The notes under the pieces were generated by a model. That model was not told the origin of the DNA. It made no database searches and saw only the letters and a program-made list of their open reading frames with translations. Positions 57,198-64,000 of a stretch of 64,000 nucleotides of DNA are shown piece by piece. The translations under genes were made by a program, and so were the position numbers. The DNA comes from Octopus sinensis (Eukaryota), in assembly GCF_006345805.1 (NCBI RefSeq), contig NC_043005.1, forward strand, positions 89,032,001-89,096,000, given 5' to 3'. Each line of letters opens with the position of its first letter. Positions within the stretch are counted from its first letter, which is position 1.

Positions 57198-58486
57198 TAA
57201 CATACATACACAATGTATACATATATATACACGCAATGCACATACATGTATTCATGCATATATAGCACACCTACAATATACATATATACACTGCACACAT
57301 ACACACACATATATACACTTAATGTACACATACATATACAATACACATACATACAATATACATATACACAATGCGCATGCAAATAATGTACATGTTTATA
57401 CACACATAAACAAGCAAATAAATATACACACACACACATACACACACACACATATATATACAACATATATATATATATATATACACACATACATACATAC
57501 ATACATGCACATACATATATTTTTTCAGACACATACATACATATATATATATATAAAAAATTCCCCCCCACACACACAAATTACAACCTATAGCGTACAC
57601 ACTCAAATATATCTCTACATGCCGCACACACAAACAAACAAAGTACTAACATATACACACATACCATGCATATACACACAAACCACACCACACACATATA
57701 TATATATATATATATATTTAAAAACAAATACACATGTAAATACATACATACGTACATAATGCTCACACACACACACATACACACCACACCCGTACACAGT
57801 GCACACACACCACACATATATACACACGTGCACACACACATACACACAACGCGCGTGCACGCACACACATACAACACACGCACACAGTGCACACACACAC
57901 ACAATATATATATACACCCGCGCAGCACACACACACACAACGTGCACACACACACACACACACCACACACACACACACAGCCTTTCTGCTAATACCAACA
58001 GGTCAGTAAAAAACATATTCTCGCCTTGTACTTAAAATATTCTGAGATGTATAAAAAATCCATTTAATTTTTGCTGTCAAAAGGGTATATATATACCGAA
58101 GATTGTATATAATACATGTAATGTGACAATTGCGACAACCAATAATTAAACGCAACCAATCCCAATAATATATTTGTTTTATCCTTTTCTGCCAAATTTT
58201 CCCAAATATTTCATCACACTATTGAACTTCTCTGTACCAAACACTATATTTATACATGTATGTGACAATTATGTAAAAAAAACATTTTTGAATTCATAAT
58301 ATCCAATGTGACAATATGTAAAAACTTTTTGAATGCATAATATTCAATGTGACAATTATGTAAAAAACTTTTTTTTGAACCCATATATTCAATGTTTCCT
58401 TAAATGTAACTTTGACAATCTTTTACCAAAGAGTGAAACCGGTTAAGTAAAAAACATCGTTTAAATTGCATTTTCAAACCTTTTTT

Positions 58487-58492
<6 letters not shown>
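55974..58492. repeat. Large inverted repeat in intron 8: arms 55974-56497 and 57978-58492 around a ~1.5-kb CA-rich spacer
   Basis: Arms are colinear reverse complements with four AATTGTCACATT subrepeats each; differences are mostly 1-2-nt indels. Confidence 0.92.
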
Positions 58493-58525
<33 letters not shown>

Positions 58526-58668
58526 TGACATTAAAACACGGTGGTCATGGTGGGAACAACTTTGACAATAAGTGTGCTTGTTCAGTAATGATCTGGGGCC
58601 AAACAACAACAAAATAAGCAAAACATGTTTTTAAATTGCTGTCCCTGTTTCTGTTCTTTTTTTTTCAG

Positions 58669-58836
58669 TCAGATTTGGTTTCTGGCAAGGTTGGTCGAAT
58701 ACTGCCGATGGTTCTTATGGGAGCACTTTCCATAATCGCGGGGCTATTGTCACTCTTGCTACCCGAAACAAACAACAGGAAAATGATGGACAACTTCAAT
58801 GATGTGACCAAATCTGGAAAACTGGAGTTCGCGTAG
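58669..58836 (+). CDS. SLC22-like exon 9 (last coding exon, stop TAG)
   Basis: Acceptor (t)n cag|TCA, phase 0. Encodes SDLVSGKVGRILPMVLMGALSIIAGLLSLLLPETNNRKMMDNF...EFA* (TM12, LPET motif). The nine exons sum to 1587 nt = 528 aa + stop. A further small terminal exon via an alternative donor cannot be excluded. Confidence 0.88.
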   Translation, partial: SDLVSGKVGRILPMVLMGALSIIAGLLSLLLPETNNRKMMDNFNDVTKSGKLEFA

Positions 58837-58852
58837 GTGTCTCTCATGTGAT

Positions 58853-59071
58853 TTAAACATCATCCTTGTCAACATCATCCATGTCAACACCATCATCATC
58901 CCCATCAGCAGTAGCATCGTAATTGTCATCATCATCATAACCGTTTTCATCAACAAAACCATCGCCAATATAATTACCATTATCATCATCATTGTCAACA
59001 TCATTGCCATCATTATCATTGTTGTCATTATTATCATCATCATAACCATCACCATCAGCAACATAGTAATT

Positions 59072-59103
<32 letters not shown>

Positions 59104-59105
59104 TA
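58853..59105. repeat. Degenerate (CAT)n triplet tract immediately after the stop codon
   Basis: CAT/CAN-periodic low-complexity sequence starting 17 nt after the TAG. Confidence 0.85.
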
Positions 59106-59610
59106 TGAACCAAGAAGCAAGCCTTTAATCAATCATTCGACCTGCTAGAAATTACAGCCTGTCACCTGAAAGAAAAAGGAAGGACACATTGAATAATGAG
59201 GGATAATGGCCAGAAAACAAAGCCGGCTGCTTTGAAACAATGTCCTGGGAAGGAAAGATTAACTGTTGTGGTTAACAGTGCTGTAGCATGGGCAAGACCA
59301 AAGGACAGTTGCTCTGGACTCAAAGTTCTTAGAAGACACAAAATTGCAAAAGAAAAATCAAATGAAATGCTTGTGTGGTAGGAAGTTTGCTTCCCAACCA
59401 CATGGTTTCAGGTTCAGTCCCACTGCATGACACCTTGAGAAAGTGTTTTCTGCTATGGCCCCGGGCCAACCAAAGCTTTATAAGTGGTTTTGGTAGATGG
59501 AAACTGTATGAAGCCTCTTGTATGTATGTATGTATGTATGTATGTAGTATCTATCTATCTATCTGTATATATATATATAGATATACATATACACACCACA
59601 CACACACACA

Positions 59611-59880
59611 CTGTTGTGTCTGGGGAGAGTCATTCTCTTTTTGTCACTTATAATTTAACACACTCACCGGTAAAGTTTCCACTCATTTCCTTCTTTATTT
59701 TTCAAAATTTTCGTTGCGTCTTGCAGCCTTTTCCATAGTTTTGACTTAAAACTACTGAAAAGGTTGCAAGACGCAACGAAAATTTTAGAAAATTAAAGAA
59801 GGAATTGAGTGGAAATTTTCCCGGTGTGTATGTTAAATTACAAGGCCCTAAAAGAGAATGACTCTCCCAAGACATAACAG
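59611..59880. mobile_element. Spacer-less 270-bp hairpin element (copy 2)
   Basis: CTGTTGTGTCTGGGGAGAGTCATTCTC...GAGAATGACTCTCCCAAGACATAACAG; same family as 36707-36975. Confidence 0.88.
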
Positions 59881-59946
59881 GATTCAACGCACGAACTCAC
59901 ATAAGGAATCTTGCAAACCAAATCCCAAAACGAAATGTAATATATA

Positions 59947-59987
<41 letters not shown>

Positions 59988-59991
<4 letters not shown>

Positions 59992-62095
59992 TCCACTACG
60001 ATAAATTTCACTGTAATATGAATACATTTTAGGTAACATTTTATTCACATATTTACACAAAAATGATGGCGTGTACATAAAAACAAAGTTATGAAAAAAT
60101 GTTTAATATATTTGAAGAAAGTTCGTTTGTGACAAATTGCTTGCAACATTTCTTTAAAATCACTGAGTGTTTTCAGATTGATGATTTTCAACTAGCTTCT
60201 TTAGTCTTCAATCATTTGATAGGACTTTTTTTGTCGAGTCCCCATATCGAATGTGCGCAATTTCCGTCTGACTTAAATCTTCTTCAGTCTTATGAGCATT
60301 GCAAAGTTTCCATACATTTAGATGTGTGTATTTTATCGATGACCACACACCATTGAGGAACCCGTCTACCGAATTATTTGCTCTTGTCAAGTCATTTAAA
60401 ACGCGGTCGCGTATATTCCAGAGTTGGATAGGAAGCTATGGGGTTTCTCTTCGTCGACGAAGACCGCGTCCCCTTGCAGTCCCAATGTATGAATTCTCAA
60501 AATAAGTGATAAACTCAGAAGAGATGCTTTCATCATCAGACATATCTTCAAATCCATTGAAGACATCTTCAATTGGCTAAAATGCTAAAGCGGAAAAATA
60601 CTTAATTTTAAGCTGAAAACTTTCATCCGTGTTGTATCTCCTAATTTCACCAAGTGCAGCTACCTTCCACCAAACAGACTACCGGAGATGTAAAACACAC
60701 CCAACTACTTCAAAATGCGGAAATACAGAAACAAATGAATTATGGAGAGCTTTTTCAAAGTACATGAGACAGATCGCAGGTCGACAATTTGCCCTTAAAT
60801 CCCGCACGGCAGATAGAACTCGATGATATGAGGTTTCTTTTTTGTCAGGAAGTAAGGCAAATAGCCTGAGCACACATGACCCTCCAATGATGATATGTAG
60901 AGTGAAAAACTGACACCACAAACTGGGAGTCACCTTAAAAGTCCCATAACAGGCCCAATTTTCAGAGTTTTCGAGATCATCCAAGCATTTTTCTGAGGAA
61001 AAAACTAAAATTTTGCTTGAGTCATTAAAGACCAAAAACAAGGACTCATTTTCTAAGTATTTAACTGCATCAGGAATTTCAAACCCTGAACGACAAGTTG
61101 GAAGTGCTGGGATTCCTAAAGGATGCTGCCTCCACTTACGTATGTTATGTGAAAGTCCAGGAATTGTTCGCAACAATTATTGTGGTTCCTCATCGAGATT
61201 TTGGACAGCAGTAACTATTACTTCCGTGAAGATACTGTGCCCATTCCCATTACTTCACTTTTCATTGAATGCCTTTCGGGCATTAACATGTACACTGCAT
61301 ATGGCGGTGAGCTGGCAGAAACGTCAGCACGCCGGGCGAAATGCTTAGTGGTATTTCGTCTACCGTTACGTTCTGAGTTCAAATTCCGCCGAGGTCGACT
61401 TTGCCTTTCATCCTTTCGGAGTCGATGAAATAAGTACCAGTTACGAACTGGGGTCGATATAATCGACTTAATCCGTTCGTCTGTCCTTGTTTCTCCTCTC
61501 TGTGTTTAGTCCCTTGTGGGCAGTAAAGAAAGAAATAGGTATTTCGTCTACCGTTACGTTCTGAGTTCAAATTCCGCCGAGGTCGACTTTGCCTTTCATC
61601 CTTTCGGAGTCGATGAAATAAGTACCAGTTACGAACTGGGGTCGATATAATTGACTTAATCCGTTTGTCTGTCCTTGTTTGTCACCTCTGGGTTTAGCCC
61701 CTTGTGGGAAGTAAAGAAATAAGAAACGTTAGTACGCCGGGCGAAATGTTTTTCGGTATTTCGTCAGTTTTTACATTCTGAGTTCAAATTCTGCCAGGGT
61801 CGAGTTTACCTTTCATCCTTTCGGGGTCGATAAGTTAAGTACAAGTTGCGTACTGGGATCGATTTAATCGACTGGTTCCCTCTTCCAAAATTTCAGGCCT
61901 TGTGCCTAGATTAGAAACAAATGTGCACTGCTTACTGAGTGATTATACGAACCCGTTGAAAAAATAACTTCTGGTATACTAGAGTTGAAAGTTGTATGTC
62001 TAGCCCTGCAACCGTAGTGGAATTTACCTTAGTGGAATACACCACAGCGAATGTTACCTATCGTAAAATTTACCGCAATGGAATTTACCGGCCAC
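59988..62095 (-). mobile_element. MULE (Mutator-like) DNA transposon relic; transposase remnant ~60130-61180, interrupted by SINEs
   Basis: WACYGTFKVTP (DGTF motif), ALLPDK, CLMYFEKALHN...VVGCVLHL, YFENSYIG, WN...RANNSVDG. Inverted terminal motif AAATTCCACTACG (59988) / CGTAGTGGAATTT (62013), with tandem GTGGAATTTACC-like subrepeats. Confidence 0.82.
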
Positions 62096-62285
62096 GCCTA
62101 AACGATGCATGATGGGAAAATACTCCGAAAATAAATTAACCCTGAAAGGAAAGAAACTCTAACCTTTCCATTAGACACATTATGATGAGCAAAATATTTT
62201 AAAGTGAAAATGATATATATATATATATATATATATAAATTTTATTCAACGCGTAGATAGTAGATACTGAACAGTATATATATAT

Positions 62286-62373
<88 letters not shown>

Positions 62374-62615
62374 ACATTACTTAATCATCGTTATATTTTT
62401 ATCTTATATTTAATATTTCTATTATATGTAATTTTCTAGACGGTGTAATTTAATTTTGCATTTTGAATTGATAAAAGGTGTTATTTTTCTAATTTTTCTA
62501 ATTTATATATATATCATATTTTGTGAAATTTGATTTGGTATTTCTAAATTGAATTTTTCCCTGTAAATTTGGAATAATGTTCCCTCAGATTATTATGCTT
62601 ATATATATATAGCAT

Positions 62616-62698
<83 letters not shown>

Positions 62699-62944
62699 TT
62701 TTTTTTAATTTCTTTATTAACCACAAGGGGCTAAACACAGAGGGGACAAACAAGGACAGACAAACGGATTAAGTCGATTACGTTAACCCCAGTGCGTAAC
62801 TGGAACTTAATTTATCGACCCCGAAAGGATGAAAGGCAAAGTCGACCTCGGCGGAATTTGAACCCAGAACGTAACGGCAGACGAAATACGGCTACGCATT
62901 TCGCCCGGCGTGCTAACGTTTCTGCCAGTTCGCCGCCTTATAAA

Positions 62945-63034
<90 letters not shown>

Positions 63035-64000
63035 GGTTCTCTATCAATTCTACCTATATGGGAACTATAAATATATATGTGTGGATGTATGTACGTGTGG
63101 GTATATTTGTGTCTGCTTCTTCTCCCCTCCTCCGCTTGACAACCAGCATTGGCGTGTATATAGTCTCATAGCTTAGTGGTTCAGCCAAAAGACACCAATA
63201 GATTATGTACCAGACTAAAAATGCAAGTTCTGGGGTCGAATCATTCAGCTAAAATTCTTCAAACCAGTGCTCCAGTATGGCCACAATCTCATGCTTGAAA
63301 CAAATAAAAAATAAGAGATAAAAAAATTAAAATAGCCCATTTTCGCCATTTACTGAGAATGTGATTGCTTTGCCCCCTTTTGTTGATTGCCGTTGCAATG
63401 CCAGTGGGGTTTAATGCCGAGCAGTGAAAGGTGGGCACTGTATGAGTGAAAATAGGAGGGCAAAGAGAGTGATTCAGTGGTAGCTGAATGGATATGAGCT
63501 GAGACTAGCTAACTCCCAGGAGCAGCAGCATAGGTAGAGAAGGTTTGCACAATAACATCAACAGTAACAACATCATTGATTTTATAAGAATCTTAATCAT
63601 CATCATCATCTTGCCCATCATCTTCTGTATCATCAGCCGAAGCAATATCGTCGTCGTCGTCGTCCTCCTCCTCCTCATCACTATCATCATCATCATCATC
63701 ATCACTATTATCATCATATTTCAAAATAGTAAACATTATTTTGCTAAATGTCTGATTGGTTCTTCCCTCTTTTTCTTTCTTTCTTTCTTTCTTTCTTCCC
63801 TTCCAGTACTAAAAAGGATGCAATTCTAAAGGAAGAAACTCACCCAATGAAACCGAGACAATCTGCAGAGGATATAAAATCTTAATTTACGTATGTATGT
63901 ATGTATGTATGTATGTATGTATGTATGTATGTATGTATGTATGTATGTATGTATGTATGTGCGTATGTGCGTATGTATGTATGTATGTATGTATGTATGT

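Noticed and set aside
56466-57992. Many 100-230-aa Cys/Val/Tyr- or His/Thr-rich ORFs
   Set aside because: Noisy (CA)n/(TG)n low-complexity spacer sequence, with no coding signal.
58670-58672. Second AG four bases downstream of the exon 9 acceptor
   Set aside because: Its use would shift the frame and lose TM12 and the LPET motif; the upstream AG directly follows the polypyrimidine tract.
58759-59113. Asp/Asn-rich and poly-Met ORFs antisense to the gene end
   Set aside because: They arise from the (CAT)n-type tract after the stop codon.
61350-61920. Repeat-spacer-like periodicity suggestive of CRISPR
   Set aside because: The units are ~188-bp SINE duplicates in a eukaryotic context, with no short repeats and unique spacers and no cas genes.

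Overview
This is AT-rich, microsatellite-dense eukaryotic genomic DNA. Its SINE/LINE content suggests a coleoid cephalopod (Octopus-like); this is an inference. One complete host gene is present: a 9-exon SLC22 / organic cation transporter-like MFS gene on the + strand (ATG 15567 to TAG 58836). I assembled it by hand from GT-AG junctions with consistent phases: 1587 nt CDS, 528 aa. The rest is transposon debris: about 10 R4/Dong-type non-LTR fragments (several abutting (TAA)n), RTE LINE fragments, Penelope-like elements (PLE), Tc1/mariner and DD37D relics, a MULE relic, several MITEs and many tRNA-derived SINEs. The most notable structure is a ~2.75-kb near-perfect palindrome (12233-14989) just upstream of the gene. 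Each arm ends in an identical, fully foldable type I hammerhead ribozyme motif with an atypical U.U closure of stem II. Further large inverted repeats occur at 224-384, 2701/10229, 26897/27872 and 55974/58492. No rRNA, true tRNA gene or CRISPR array was seen. Almost all ORFs in the supplied track are microsatellite translations. Repeat boundaries were read by eye and are approximate to within tens of bases unless a TSD or TIR is quoted.
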